A stretch of 64,000 nt of DNA from Octopus sinensis (Eukaryota). The notes beneath the pieces are model-generated. The model saw only the letters and a program-made list of their open reading frames with translations. It had not been told where the DNA came from and did not search any database. The DNA is taken from the NCBI RefSeq assembly GCF_006345805.1, contig NC_043009.1, positions 32,674,001 through 32,738,000 of the forward strand. Reading direction: 5' to 3'. The first letter of the stretch is position 1. The number at the start of each line of letters is the position of its first letter. A program made the translations under genes and the position numbers. Positions 15,157 to 29,519 of the stretch are shown in pieces.

Positions 15157-15559
15157 TATGTATGTTTCTAAAGTGGGAAAAATATGCAATCCAAAAGCTG
15201 AGTTCAGCTAAACCGGGTCAAGGTCAGTTAAATGGGATATGTTGTCTTATACAAAAAAAAAGAAAAAAGAAAATCACTTTTAGCCGTAAAATCGAAGACG
15301 GGATATACTAAAAGGATTTTCTATATTTAACACTCCAACAACTTGCAGCTTATATTTCTTTGTTCCCTTTCATTCAATCTTTTGTCTGTTATCATTATTT
15401 TTTACTTGATTCAATCATTAAACAACGATCATGCCTAAACGCCGGCTTCAGGAATTTCTACTCAAACGAATCCACCTCAATAGATGATATTTAAGGTCTG
15501 GTACGTATTCTAACCGTCTCTTTTGCAGAACTGTAGAGCGATGGGGTCTACCAAAAAGG

Positions 15560-15825
15560 TAAACACTATTTGTCAAGCGGTGGTGGACAAACACAGACAC
15601 AGATACATACACATACACGCACGCACACACATGCACGCACATACACACTCACACGCACATGCACACGCACACATATTTATATATTAATAGGTATACGACG
15701 AACGTCTTTCAGTTTCTGCACAGCAAATCCGCTCACAACGCTTTGCCTGAGGCTATAGGAAAGAAAAACACTTCTCCAAGTTGCTACACAGTGGAACCGA
15801 ACTTATCGACTGAGGCATTTGCAAC
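15560..15825 (-). mobile_element. SINE, OK-like family, degenerate
   Basis: tgtcaagcggtggtggacaaacacagacac...tttcagtttctgcacagcaaatccgctcacaacgctttg. Confidence 0.6.
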
Positions 15826-15949
15826 TTTTCTCAGTATTTCCCATAAACAATTCGTTTCAATATGAATACTGCTGTCATCTCGCATAGAGATTTTCTTGAC
15901 TAGCTAGTTTGCTTCTTATATATACATACATATATATATATATATATAG

Positions 15950-15988
<39 letters not shown>

Positions 15989-16543
15989 ATATATATAATA
16001 TATATATATATATACATACATACATACATACATACATACATACATGTACGTATGTATGTATGTATGTACGTATACCTTACCATAACTGTTTCGCGAAGCA
16101 GTTGTGGTGAGGCAGTAGCTTTTACCAAATACACTAAAAATATCGCTCTATAATGTGTTATATGATATAATACAGATTTTTGGTTTCGGTTTCATGGACA
16201 GATTATCTGCTTTTCTATCTCTTCAGTTTTTAATGTTTGCAGAAACCCAATAAATGACAGCTTATACTCAATATCAACACACATCCCGTAGCACTTTGTC
16301 CTGGCGGGTCATGAAACGTTCAATACAAGTATAATACAATATAAATAAACCAATATTTCATTGACCTCAGTGCTGAAATTATTGAGATCCCTCAGGTATT
16401 GACAGCCAATACAGTATTGGTTGTCAACGAAATTGGCCGCAAGGTCAAGATAAGGAACAGAATGTAAAAATAAATGTGAAGAAGAAATATCTGTATGAGT
16501 ATGATACCTGCCTAAGTATATGTTGTTGTGAGTGTGTTTGAGA

Positions 16544-16581
<38 letters not shown>

Positions 16582-17155
16582 GTGTTTGTGCGATTAATAA
16601 TTCGACTATATCGAAAGAAGCGTTTGCGAAAGTGTATGATTACGGTGGAGAGAAACCGTGTGAATTTATATTATATAATCGTTGGTGAATAGAAGTTCAG
16701 ATTAACCTGATGAGTAAAAATTCTACTTTCACAATAAAAAACCTAACGAGTACGGGAGGTTTCGATGTTGAAATACGCATACTTGCATATATACACACAT
16801 ACATATATACATATATAGATATATAGATACATAGATAGATAGATAGATACATACATACATACATGGAAGCATGGACACATACATATACACAAATGCAGAC
16901 ACATATACGTATGCGTATGCACTTGTTATATATATATACGTGTATGCAGGTATGTATGTGTACGTAAATGTATGCATGTACATATGTGTGTGTGTATGTG
17001 TGTATGTATGTATATGTACATATATATATATGTGTGTGTGTGTGTGTGTTTGTGTGTGTGTATGTGTGAATGCGCTCAGATAACCGACCTAGTGGACATA
17101 TATATGTATGCATATATTTATATATATTTACACACACACACACACACACACACAC

Positions 17156-17217
<62 letters not shown>

Positions 17218-17639
17218 TGTATATATGTATGTATGTATGTATCGTATTCTGTATTTGCAGGGTATCTCCACAAATGGAGAGAGGATTATAGAGGGAAGGC
17301 GCGGTATTTACGTTTCTCGGAGGTTTAGGCTTATCCGTCTCCAAAGTGGAAGAGCATGCTATAGTTAATTTCTCGAACGTTGTCTCAGATTTGAATATGG
17401 GTGTATACCAACCGTACAATAGATACAATGACAACCTTAATTATATCGGTCTTAACAGTAATCCCCCCAAAAGAATAACGGATTCATAGGGAACTCACAT
17501 CTCGAGTCTCTCAGTGAATGAGGAGATATTTAGAAGAAATGAAGAATATTAAAACAATGTATTAGAAGGAGCAGGATATAAGAGAAGATGGGCATATAGA
17601 ACCGAGAACCAAGCTGCGATGGTTACAAATCTAAATAGC

Positions 17640-18215
17640 TCTATATGTACAGTAGTTAATAAGTGAAGGATCAGAAAATAACTCATATAACACCCATAAG
17701 AATAGAGTGAAACTAGGAGAAGCAGCTCGGGGTAGCTACAAAGGCATTAAAGCGCGCATCTTAAACTAAAAATATATTTAAACCCCCTAGTAAAAGTGAA
17801 ACTATTAGCAGAAACAATAAAATGCCAGACGTTAGAGATAAGAAAAAAACCCTTTGGCAATAGGAATATGCTCAGTATTGCTAATGCTAATAAGGGTAAT
17901 AATAGGAAATTCTAGGATAAACACTGCGGTAAAATGATTTTCGCTTATATTGCTAAAGCTACTCCTTATAATTAAAGAAATACCCAAGATAGAAATAATA
18001 GTTTGAGGGCTTCATTGTGGTATAATGCAATATTCGGTAGGCAAATGGCTTCTAATATTCGAAGGAAATATTTTAATGCCATTGATAAACAGTTTCCTAA
18101 ATCGAACAAATACAATAAAATCTTTAATAGGCAAAATATCAGATTGGCATTTTCCACAAGCAACAACTACGCACAAATTATAGCAGCGTACAATATTTGT
18201 AGACTGCCTGAATTT
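17640..18215 (+). mobile_element. Decayed Penelope-like retroelement fragment (RT thumb to pre-GIY-YIG linker)
   Basis: ORF 18003-18368 encodes WYNAIFGRQMASNIRRKYFNAIDKQFPKSNKYNKIFNRQNIRLAFSTSNNYAQIIAAYN, matching the PLE linker motif WFNPPF...NIG.KF..LIDKHFPK...HKIFNR..VK.SYS...N...II..HN. Weak upstream remnant FKPPSKSETISRN. Confidence 0.75.
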
Positions 18216-18404
18216 CAGAACGCTGGAGAAAGAAATATAGTAGCGAGTAGAAATAGTTTTAATAGCTTATACTTTGCGGAAAGAGACCCTGTGAGAGCGG
18301 ACAGCAGGTATCTGTCCGCTCTCACAGAATCTACAAGACAAAAAAAAAACGAACCTACTAAGAAGTAAAATAACAACAACAACAACAACAACAATAATAA
18401 TAAT

Positions 18405-18945
18405 AGATGCAGTAATGCCCTGATGCAGTACCAGGCAGTGGCTCTCATGGCTTCTGATCTTAACTGATTGGAAGTGTTATCATGTACATTGTTTTGTCTT
18501 GGTATAAAAGATGGGCTACAGCAAATATTCTGCTCAATACCACAGATTTGCTTGTCAGTTGTTTGACCTTAACCAGTTGAGCATGTACCTTAGTGGCTGA
18601 CGATATGTGCATCTCTGATTACGAGCAGAAGTAGTGGGGGAGCATCATAGCCATGTGTTGAGAAGGATTCTTTGGGGTTTGAATAATTCACCTCTGGAAA
18701 CATGGGTGTTTCGTTCAACGTCCTTAAACAACCCTTATTCAGGGACCATTTGAGCAGGATGGATTACTCGATCTGAAGAAAATTCTAACTGGGCTCCACC
18801 TGCAAGGTCATGTGCTGTTTATCTTGATATGAGATCACCATGTCGCGCACATATGGTTGTGATGCATGTGCCTGGTGTACCCTTATCAGCGTTTCGTATA
18901 TTTTACCCCAGTGTCACTTTGATGGCATGCTCTGCTCGCTCACTC
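18405..18945. mobile_element. ~540-bp interspersed repeat embedded in (AAC/AAT)n, copy 1 (family and polarity uncertain)
   Basis: Second diverged copy at 19069-19546; both end at ...ctcactc followed by (AAT)n. Confidence 0.75.
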
Positions 18946-18968
18946 AATAATAATAATAATAATAATAA

Positions 18969-18999
<31 letters not shown>

Positions 19000-19068
19000 A
19001 AGAAGAAGAAGAAGAAGAAGAAGAAGAAGAAGAAGAAGAAGAAGAAGAAGAAGAGAAGAAGAAGAAGA
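18946..19068 (+). repeat. (AAT)n-(AAG)n microsatellite
   Basis: Direct reading; source of poly-N/K ORF. Confidence 0.95.
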
Positions 19069-19546
19069 ATTGTTTTGTCTTGGTATAAAAGATGGACTAC
19101 AGCAAATATTCTGCTCAACAACACAGATTTGCTTGACCTTAACCATTCTGCTCAATACCACAGAGTTGCTTGACCTCAACCAGTTGAGCAGCTGCCTTAG
19201 TTACTGATGATATACGCATCTCTAATCACGAGCAGAAGTAGTGGGGGAATATCATAGCCATGTGTTGAGAAGAATTCTTTAGGGGTTGACTAATTTACTT
19301 CTGAAAATATGTGTGTTTTGATGAACATCATTAAAAAACCCTTATTCAAGGACCTTTTTCTAACTGGGCCTCACCTGCAAGGTCATGTGCTGTTTATCTT
19401 GATATGAGATCACTATGTCACGCAAATATCGTTGTGATGCCTTTTCCTGGTGTACCCCTATCAGATGGGTAGTAATGATGGGTATACTGGGCTTCGCATA
19501 TCTGTAACTCAGTGTCACTTGGATGATATATACTGCTCTCTCACTC
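19069..19546. mobile_element. Second, truncated and diverged copy of the 18405-18945 repeat
   Basis: ttgttttgtcttggtataaaagatgg...gagcagaagtagtggggg...cacctgcaaggtcatgtgctgtttatcttgatatgagatcac shared. Confidence 0.75.
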
Positions 19547-19582
<36 letters not shown>

Positions 19583-19792
19583 CAACCTTCCTATTATAGA
19601 CACAAAGACTGACATTTGGGGAACATTTGATTATATTGAACCTAGTGCGTAACTGATACTTAGTTCATCGACCCCGAAAGGATGAAAGGCAAAGTCGACC
19701 TCGGTGGAATTTGAACTCAGAACGTAGCGGCAGATGAAATAACGCTAAGCTTTTTGCCGTGTATGCCAACGATTCTGCCAGCTCGCCGGCTT
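19583..19792 (-). mobile_element. Third-family SINE inserted in an (AAT)n tract
   Basis: atcgaccccgaaaggatgaaaggcaaagtcgacctcggtggaatttgaactcagaacg...gattctgccagctcgcc. Confidence 0.85.
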
Positions 19793-19822
19793 AATAATAA
19801 TAATAATAATAATAACAATAAC

Positions 19823-19860
<38 letters not shown>

Positions 19861-21113
19861 CAACAACAACAACAACAATATCAAAATCTAAAGCGGTAGT
19901 GATGTCGATGTAATACACTATAAAGGAACGCTGTATCAATATCAGTAAACATTGACAAATCAAGACGAAGCAAAAACAGAAAACGTCGTGAAAATATTCT
20001 CGCTCTCTGTCTCTCCCTCTCTCCCACTCTGTCTTTCTCTCTCCATCTCTTTCTCTCTGTCCCACTCTCTGGAAGCTCTACCTTCCATGTTGTTTGCGAT
20101 TGTGTACAAACGGAAGACTATTTTCTTCTTCACTGTTTCAGCCACTCACATCCGCCACATGTGAACTACATCCTGTTCTGAAGCCTTCAATTTAGAGAAA
20201 CAACAAAGACTTGAAACGAAAAGGTGCACAACATAGATTGAAAGAAAAAAAAATACTTGAAAAGTAAATTCGATGTTTGTAGAAATAAATTTAAGCACAA
20301 AATACATCAAAACTTTGTTCAATTTATTTATTTCATAACTTTTTCAATGGAGTTGTATATTTTTTTCTCACATCCTTCTTTTCCTGTTCTTTTCATTTTT
20401 CTACTCTACAAGTCTTCTGTTTGTAACTAGCAAACTCTGTTTCTTCTCAATCCACTTATTTTAGTCGCTTCTCTTACGCTTTCTCCACTTTTGATTCAAT
20501 AGACTATTTTCCTCTTCTTTATTTACTTTCTACATTGTTGTCATTTCTTGCCATAAACACAGCTTTATTTTATTCTCTTTATTTCATTTCACGCTCTCTC
20601 CATACATACACATTCATCCCTTCGTCTCTGTCTGTCTCTCTCTCTCTCTTTCTGTCTCTCTCCCTTGCTCACTCTTTGTCACTTTACTACTAATATGTAA
20701 CTCTACATCTGTAATTCATTTCTTCCTATTCCTCACTAACTTCATTCTTATGAATATTTCAATTGTATTTTTATAGTCAATAGAGAGAGAGAGAGAGAGA
20801 AATGCCATGGCCGAATCAATAGAGTATCGTACAAAATACCTAACGGTATTTAATGTTCTACTATGATTTCAAACCCTGCTAATGTCGACTTTGTCTTTAA
20901 CATCCCCATGCAACCTGCGATGTTTTCACATCTTACAGTGGAACCAATCGTACTATTGCAGCGAAGGGGCTCCGATTACAGCGAAATTAACATATATGTT
21001 CAATATACGACTGCTGTATCACTATTATACATTTGTAACAAACAATACATACAGTCAATATAATACACATTCGCACGAAAGCCTTCATCCATACGCATAC
21101 ATCCATACACACG

Positions 21114-21759
21114 TACGTGTTCTGATCAATAAGTATCCGGACTGTTGTCATAGTAATGAAGCTAAAGCACAGAGTAAAGCCGCTTGGCACAGATTGAGCT
21201 TGAACTCATCTGTGCATAGGCGCTAACTTTTAACGTTCTTGCTCACTTTCGTTGTTTACAGCAGTGCTTCGAAGGAAGGTGTGTAGTGTGTGACCGTCGC
21301 ATTGACCATGGCAGAGAAAGTTGAGCAAAGAATCTGCATTAAATCGTCCCAAAGACTGGGCGATATCTTCCCAGAGTCCTACGCCAATTTTCAAAATGTT
21401 TTCATCGGTCTCAACACAATCAAGATCTTGTGCAACGGAAACCCGAGTGTCCTCTTTGTGGTCAGCTGAAAGCAGTTTCACACAAACTTGGCAGACACGC
21501 GTCTCATACCCAAACCTTCAGTGATAATGGACTGAACCGTAATTAATCTACACATCCTCTGTTAACTTATAGATGGGGATTCGACGATCACACGCTACAC
21601 ACGTTCCTTCCAAGCATTGGTGTAAACAGCGGAAGTGCACTAGAACGTTAACACTTAGTGCGCATGCACAAAAATATTCAAGGTCAATCTTTACCAAGCG
21701 GCTTCACTCTGTGTGCTTAAGATTACTTACTGATCAGATACTTATTGATCAGACCTCGT
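21114..21759. mobile_element. Non-autonomous mariner derivative built from two inverted 5' ends
   Basis: TIRs tacgtgttctgatcaataagtatc / gatacttattgatcagacctcgt. Left arm + strand MAEKVEQRICIK; right arm - strand ...KLLSADHKEDTRVSVAQDLDCVETDENILK. Arms homologous over ~200 bp. Confidence 0.8.
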
Positions 21760-22107
<348 letters not shown>

Positions 22108-23256
22108 ATTCGTATTTCAAAGTAAACATATGGGTATTTGTGCGTACATAGTAATTTCTATTTCAGAATATATATTTATCAACTTCCACATTTATCGAGA
22201 AATATCACAAAATAGAAAGATAGAGAAATGTATATGGTCGTTATTTAGAAAGACAGGTGGATATTCAGTATTAAGCTGTTAATTAAAATTTCTATAGGCG
22301 GGAGTGGGATAAGCAAGAAATAGACAGGGGAGAAGGGGAGAGAGAGAACCAGAGAGAGAGAGAGAGAGAGAGAGAGTGAGAGAGGATGGAATTTCTTAGC
22401 GCCGTTATCTAATTTATTATTTCAGGATTTAAAATGACATGTCATTTAATCATCAGCTAATTCGTAATATTAACGTTGTGTGGAACGAACTGATTGAGTA
22501 ATTTTGGCTGATGTAATATATTTGTTTAGATATTCCTGTTTTGGCAAGAGATTGTCGTAGAGTTACACAAACTCTCTCTTCTCTTACCAATCAGGCGAAT
22601 CTTGTTTGATTAATGGTGATTATTTAAGGCGATGGAGTTTTACTGTCCTTCTTTAGCAAACAGACGTTATTTAATCTGTTTCTCTGTCACAGATGTGTCC
22701 ATATCTTCAATCATTTATGTTAGTATGAGTACCAACGTTTTGTCGAAATTTAAAAGAAAAATACATTTTTGAATAGAATTTCAAGTTGAAGACGAAAGTA
22801 AAATCTACACTTTCAACTGAGGTTTAAATTTTGTTTAAAATAAATCATTATGGTATTCGGTTTCATCATCATCACCATCACCATTATGATTTTCATTACG
22901 ATTAACAAGTATTATTTCTTCAACTCAAAGTGTTTCCAAAACATTTACCTTGCGACTCTCAAAGACTTATCTACATGTGTGTAAATATTTTCATTACCCA
23001 GACGACATACACACAGCATCACAAACACAACCAACACACCCACATGCACATTTTCTAACTCCTATTGGGATCAATCAGATACTGGACAAGGTATGTGGAT
23101 TATGTTTCCGTTTGAGAGCAATCCAGTTCATTTTTAGTATACTCGTTTGTGACAGCAAAGGATTTTATTTCAGATATTCCCATTTCAAAAAAAATCATCT
23201 TCAGTTAATCGTTGAGACGACATTGGTGGAGATTTGCGCTCTCTGAGTGCTCATGT

Positions 23257-23289
23257 TATTATTATTATTATCATTATTATTATTATTAT

Positions 23290-23365
<76 letters not shown>

Positions 23366-23385
23366 TGTAGTAGTAGTAGTAGTAG
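23257..23385 (+). repeat. (TTA)n-(TAG)n microsatellite
   Basis: Direct reading. Confidence 0.95.
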
Positions 23386-24089
23386 AGGGTTGTTGTTGCT
23401 GCTTTTGTTGTATTTCATATTATTAACGCGAGACTTCTACGATTTTATTGGTCGCAATATTTTTTCACAACATGGCTTCTCCAGATATTCTAGACTCCTA
23501 TTTATTTTTACGAAGCTCACGAACTACAACAAGTTTGTCATTATGATTAGCGCAGTAGACAATAGATACACTGTGGTGTCTATCAGATTCAAAGAAATAG
23601 AAAACAATTTGCATTAAATGCTATCTAATAACATGCGTAGGAAAACTGTGTGCATTTGCCACAATATTTACTGTGATTTACCGAAGAATGGAACGAAAAA
23701 AGCCTATGATAATATGCAGAATGAAAAACATTCTGATTGCAGAAGAAAATAAATGAAGGAACAGGATAAAAGATGAGGAATTGTTTTGATAAGTTCGTCC
23801 TCATTGAGAAGATAACATCAAATTTAATATCAGTGGTGGCGCAGCTAACATATTTTATATGGATTAACAGATTCAATGTACGTGGCGATCATTATATATG
23901 TATGCATGGGTTGTTAACATACGTGCATGCATATGTCTATAAGCATGCACAGACACACACCCATATTTACATATATGCATGTGTGTGCGTATGCATATGT
24001 GTATGTATGTGCAAGTGTTATAAGTCTTAATTTAATTTCATGCCATACCTATTTCGTCAGCGTATATCAGTCTACTGAAAACAAGGTAG

Positions 24090-24146
24090 GGAAAGCACTG
24101 TCCTGATGAGGTTTGTTGACGTTGAAACACGTGTCCAAAGCTTTCC
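24090..24146 (+). ncRNA. Degenerate minimal type I hammerhead motif (probable PLE pseudo-LTR remnant)
   Basis: ggaaagc..CTGATGA..GAAA-C-ACGT-GTC..gctttcc: core boxes, palindromic stem III loop, GUC triplet and distal stem I present; proximal stem I and stem II poorly paired. Confidence 0.4.
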
Positions 24147-24455
24147 TCTTGCCTCTAGACAATCTTTCGTTTCCTTTATGACATGTCAGTTCTTGGAGAA
24201 GTCCTAAGTCTATACATTATTTCCCTTTCCAATAGGTGATGGTCACAATTGCGAATAAATTATATGTTGGAGTAAGTAGAGATGATTTCAGTAAATCAAG
24301 AATTTATTCTGCATGATATTTAATATACTTTCATGTGTGTGTAGATGTGGATATATATATGAGTATGTATGTCTGTATATGTGTTATATATATATATATG
24401 CATATGTGTTTTTATACATATATATATATATATATATATTTATATGTATGCATAT

Positions 24456-24518
<63 letters not shown>

Positions 24519-27500
24519 GTATATATATATAAAGGTTGTTATATTAGACGAATGTGTGGAATGTGTGCAAGACATTTCCTGTATTTGTGTGTGTATCCAT
24601 TTAAATAAAATTCTTCAAAAAACTTTCATCTAGATATTTATTACTTTCTGATGGAAATAATATTTTGCCTGAGTGATTTACTATTTAAAAGAGATAAACT
24701 TCATTTGTACCTAATATATTTAAATTGTGATGTTGACAGTTTTTTTTTAAGAAAAAATCAAATTATTTCTTTAACATTCTCCCACCTAATTTTGTCTGTA
24801 TGTTTATTTTCACAAAGTGTTAATCTACACATCCAATCTAATCTATGAACAAACATTAAATAGTAAGTATGAAAGTTCACATTCAACTTTAGACTCTTTT
24901 TATAAAGAAAATTCGATTAAATAATTTCCTTGTAATAAAGTGTCGCTGTCTGAACAAAATAATATGAAAAACATATAAGGAAAAAAACTGTTTCTTTAAA
25001 TTTGATGTTTCTAAAAAGAAATCTTTCAATTAAATAAAAAAATAATTTACACTTCTTGGTCAGATGAAGTTGAAAATATTTTTATAGAAAACGTTACTAT
25101 TTTTTAAAAAATATCTGCAGACATTTAGAAAATATTTTCTTATTAAACATTACACAATTCTATTGTCTCAGAGGATCAGAATTATTTTGTTTTCGAGTTT
25201 TAATCTAAGACATTTCATATATTTAATTTTGATGAATTCAGAAGTTTTATTCAGTGAGCAATTAGTTACTTATAGTTTGTGCGATATAACTAGCTGTATG
25301 TCTACTAGCAAGATTCAGCAGTACAAACTGGTGTCTCCGTTTCTCGTAGCAACAAGCAGTAGAGGGACCCTTGGCCAACTAACAGTTGCAATTACCTTCT
25401 GTATAATAGTGGGGGAGCAGTAAAATTCCGCACAACAAACAAATGGATCGATTCTCAGCAAATAATGCTTTTGAGTCCAGTAACTGTTTCGATAATCTCA
25501 TTTGATCAGTGTTTCGATACACTGTGTTATATATTTGTCACATGTGTCACGTCATATATTTGTTTATATTATGCACAACAGTTGTGTCTGTGGCATTCTC
25601 CCTCAACTTCACAATATATATTATTACATTCCCTGCGTTATTACTTTCCAAATTACAGGAGTTTAACTAAGCAGGTTTAAAAGAGAGAAATATGTCCGTT
25701 GATTTCACTAATACTCCTTAAAAATAGATAATTCCAATATATATTGGTTAAACTGATCTTATTGAAGTTTTATTGAATTTCTTATTTTTTTTAAACATGT
25801 CCAGGTGATGCCTTTCTTTTACCAAACGCAAAGATGACCTTCGCCAATCCCAGATTTTATCGTATTTTCGTTAAGTTTACTAGAACGACTTTCTGAGATT
25901 ATTGCTGTTATTTCACATTACCTACTTATAGATGGATGTCATATCATGTAAGGAGAACTAGGTGGACTCAACCACAATTACATATCCTGCACAGTTTTAG
26001 ATGTAGCATCAATGGTAGAGTATTACCCCTTGGATCTTATATGCTTTTTGATGCACAACTAACAGGAAACACCAAAACGCACATATTCATACTTAGATCG
26101 AAATGAACTTAATATTAAATTCTCTGCTATACACATCCAGTTATACAAAAACTTTAGATTGAATTTATTCTTCCTTTCACTGAAATTCTCCATGCTACTC
26201 TACTTCGATATTTCAAGGCTACTCGAAAGTATGATATTAATAACGAGACCTACTCTTAATTACATCACGTGAAATATTAGTTTAAAATTTTTGACACAAG
26301 GCCAGCAACATCAAGAGAGGGCCGTAAGCTGATTATATTGAATCCAGCGCTCAACTGGTACTCATCCACGTAGTTCTCTATACTGGTATTGGTCTAAAAG
26401 TGGACGTTTAAAGAGATGGCTTTTCATGGGCGCTAGTAATATATACAGTTATGGGCCCTGTCACTGTTTTTGCCAAGGTAAAAACAGTGCATGTTCTGTC
26501 CATAAAGCGAAAAAGTGAGTGATAGTTAAGTCAAGACTACAATTGAAGAAATTCGTAATTAAATATTAATGCCAGTATCGATAAGTAAGCAAAGAATAGT
26601 TCATTCTATGTGCTAAATATGTGATTAATTGCAATCGGTTAATTACTGTAGTTGAGCCGAATGTGTTATTCAGAAAGAACAATTGACTTTATATTATAAT
26701 TCATATCAACATCGATGCATGATACCGTAAAACATTCCCTGAAACATTATATAATTCTTGTTCCATAGTGCAGATTTTAATTAAATAAATATATAGGAAA
26801 AAAATTCATTTTCCTGTTTTGTGTGGGGACTAGATTTCGTGAGAAACGAATTAAACACCTTAGTAAAGTAACCCAGCTTCTCATCAAAGTACACTTTTTC
26901 CTGTTGCTGATGCTGCTGCTGCTGCTGTGGAGCCAACTTTACTGAATACGTCATGAGCCAGTGCATCATTCTCACATGTTTCATTGTTAAATGTCTTCGA
27001 CTAAAAGAACGTGAGAATAGAATAATAATAATAGGAAAATAAGAAGCAGAAAGGTAATTATGCTTCGCATTTGTCTGATGGAAAGTATTGTATTGTTTCA
27101 TTTGACAGTGGAACTTTTGGCACTCATTTTCATTATGATCTAAGGAAATTCCTCTCAATCTATTCTAACTGCAGATTCACGCTTCATTGGCTTTCACTGA
27201 ATTCACTTTATTATTCATACTGAGAGATATTCTTCATCCTGTTTAATTGGTTATTACTACTTTACATTATATCTTACTGAACAACACATTGTCTGCTTAA
27301 TATTGTGTTGGTGTGATTACGTTCATGTGTCTATGTATGTATCTCTCCTACACACACACACATACTCAGTACAACAATCCTCATTCTCAAATATCACATT
27401 TTATTTTCCCCCATGTGCCTCGTGAATAAACACTCTCTCACGAAAACATTTTCTCAGGTTCATTCACACATTCTGTCTGTCTGTCTGAGTGTCTGCCTGC

Positions 27501-28031
27501 TATCTCAGATGCAACTATTCTCTCACAGACATCTATGCTAACACTCTCATCCATATTCTTTAAGTCTACTTTCGTTTTTTTAGTCAGTGTATACCATACA
27601 AAAGCATATACACACCTGTACGCACACATGTACATACATCCACAGAAATGCAGTTACGAAAGCGGTGGAACACACAGACTCATACACAAACACACACGCA
27701 AGCACACATACACACACACACTTACATATCCGTGTGTGTGTGTGTGTATACATATATACATACCGTAGCACACACCTGTATTGGCTGACATTATCTCACA
27801 CACTCTCACTGTTTTCTTTCAACCGTGCTACAATACAATATCTGAGCTGAAAAAGCTGTAAAGAATGCCTAATTAGAATTACTAAAAATATGAGTCTGAA
27901 AGGCCTTTAATTCACCAGAGAAGAATACATGATAAAGCAATTATCAAGTCAATAATATTAACAATAATTAAAACACCACCGACACAACCGACAATACCAC
28001 CACAACCACAACAACTACAACTTACAAATAA

Positions 28032-28034
28032 TAA

Positions 28035-28074
<40 letters not shown>

Positions 28075-28215
28075 GGTGGTGGTGGTGGTGGTGGTGGTGG
28101 TAGTGGTGGTAGTGGTGGTGGTGGTGGTGGTGGTGGTGGTGGTGGTGGTGGTGTGGTGGTGGTGGTGGTAGTGGTGGTGGTGGTGGTGGTGGTGGTGGTG
28201 GTGGTGGTAGTGGTG

Positions 28216-28259
<44 letters not shown>

Positions 28260-28302
28260 GGTGGTAGTAGTAGTAGTAGTAGTGGTGGTGGTGGTGGTGG
28301 TA

Positions 28303-28354
<52 letters not shown>

Positions 28355-28356
28355 AG
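28032..28356 (+). repeat. Compound (GTA)n/(GTG)n trinucleotide array
   Basis: Alternating gta and gtg blocks; source of the poly-T/P/V/H/Y ORFs. Confidence 0.95.
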
Positions 28357-28836
28357 GGATGATGGCGATAATGGTCGTGGCGGTGATATTTCACCTTTAC
28401 GTCTTCTAAATACCACTGCGACGACTATGATAATAATTATAATAATAAAATATAAATAACAATAAATAAACCGTGTGTGTGTGTGTGTGTGTGTGCGTGC
28501 GTAAGTGGTGGGGGTGGTTAGATGTTTCTAGCAAGACAAACAACCAAAGAAAAAAAGACGTTGATGATACCAATTTCAATTGTCCAGCAGTGTGGGTGAT
28601 TTTTAAGATTAATCCGAGGAATTTGATGAAGAAAAAAATAAAATAATAAAATACTTCAGAATTCTTTTTGAGTCTGTGGCCATGAAATTGCTATATTTCG
28701 AGCTTCGTATTCCATTGAAAATAAATAATGAAATTCCATGTTTTGTTCAGAGAAAAAAAAGTTCTGTGGCATAATTCTATACCATCGCTTGTGCACATAT
28801 ACTCACACACATACGTACACACATACACACACACAC

Positions 28837-28904
<68 letters not shown>

Positions 28905-29028
28905 CATACAGCTAGAACAATGCTATATGCACATTCCCTCAAACCTAAAAACATATTATATATATGTGTGTGTGTGTGGGTGTGTGCGTGTAAGTGCATG
29001 TGTGTATAAGTGTATATGCACGTATTTA

Positions 29029-29074
<46 letters not shown>

Positions 29075-29519
29075 GCACTTATATATATATATATCTGTAC
29101 GTGTGTGTGTGAGTGTGTATAACTGTATATGTGTGTTTAAATATTCATATATGCACATCAGAATGGTAAAGATGTGTACAGCTGTATATGAGTGTATACG
29201 TCTCCCTGTGTGTATCTATTTATGTGGTTGTGTTGGTGAGTCTTTTCGATTCAGAAATGTAATAAGCGAATGCCACGCATTCTGTGTGTGTGTGTGTGTG
29301 ACCGTATATTATGTGTGAGTAGCAAACAAGATCGTCTGTCAAATGATATATTCACTAATGTTCACTTGGATGCATCCTCTATCTTTCAGCTAAAGATAAA
29401 TTTCAGTAGATTAAGAACTGCTCTGAAATATTATTACATAAGTGACAAATAGCTTCTCGTGTGTAATTCATAGCTACAATCAAATTACGGTCGTAAATGA
29501 ACTTATTCCCTAAACAGAG

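Noticed and set aside
26462-26489. Small hairpin cactgtttttgcc-aa-ggtaaaaacagtg
   Set aside because: Short, A/T-run driven, with no context suggesting function.
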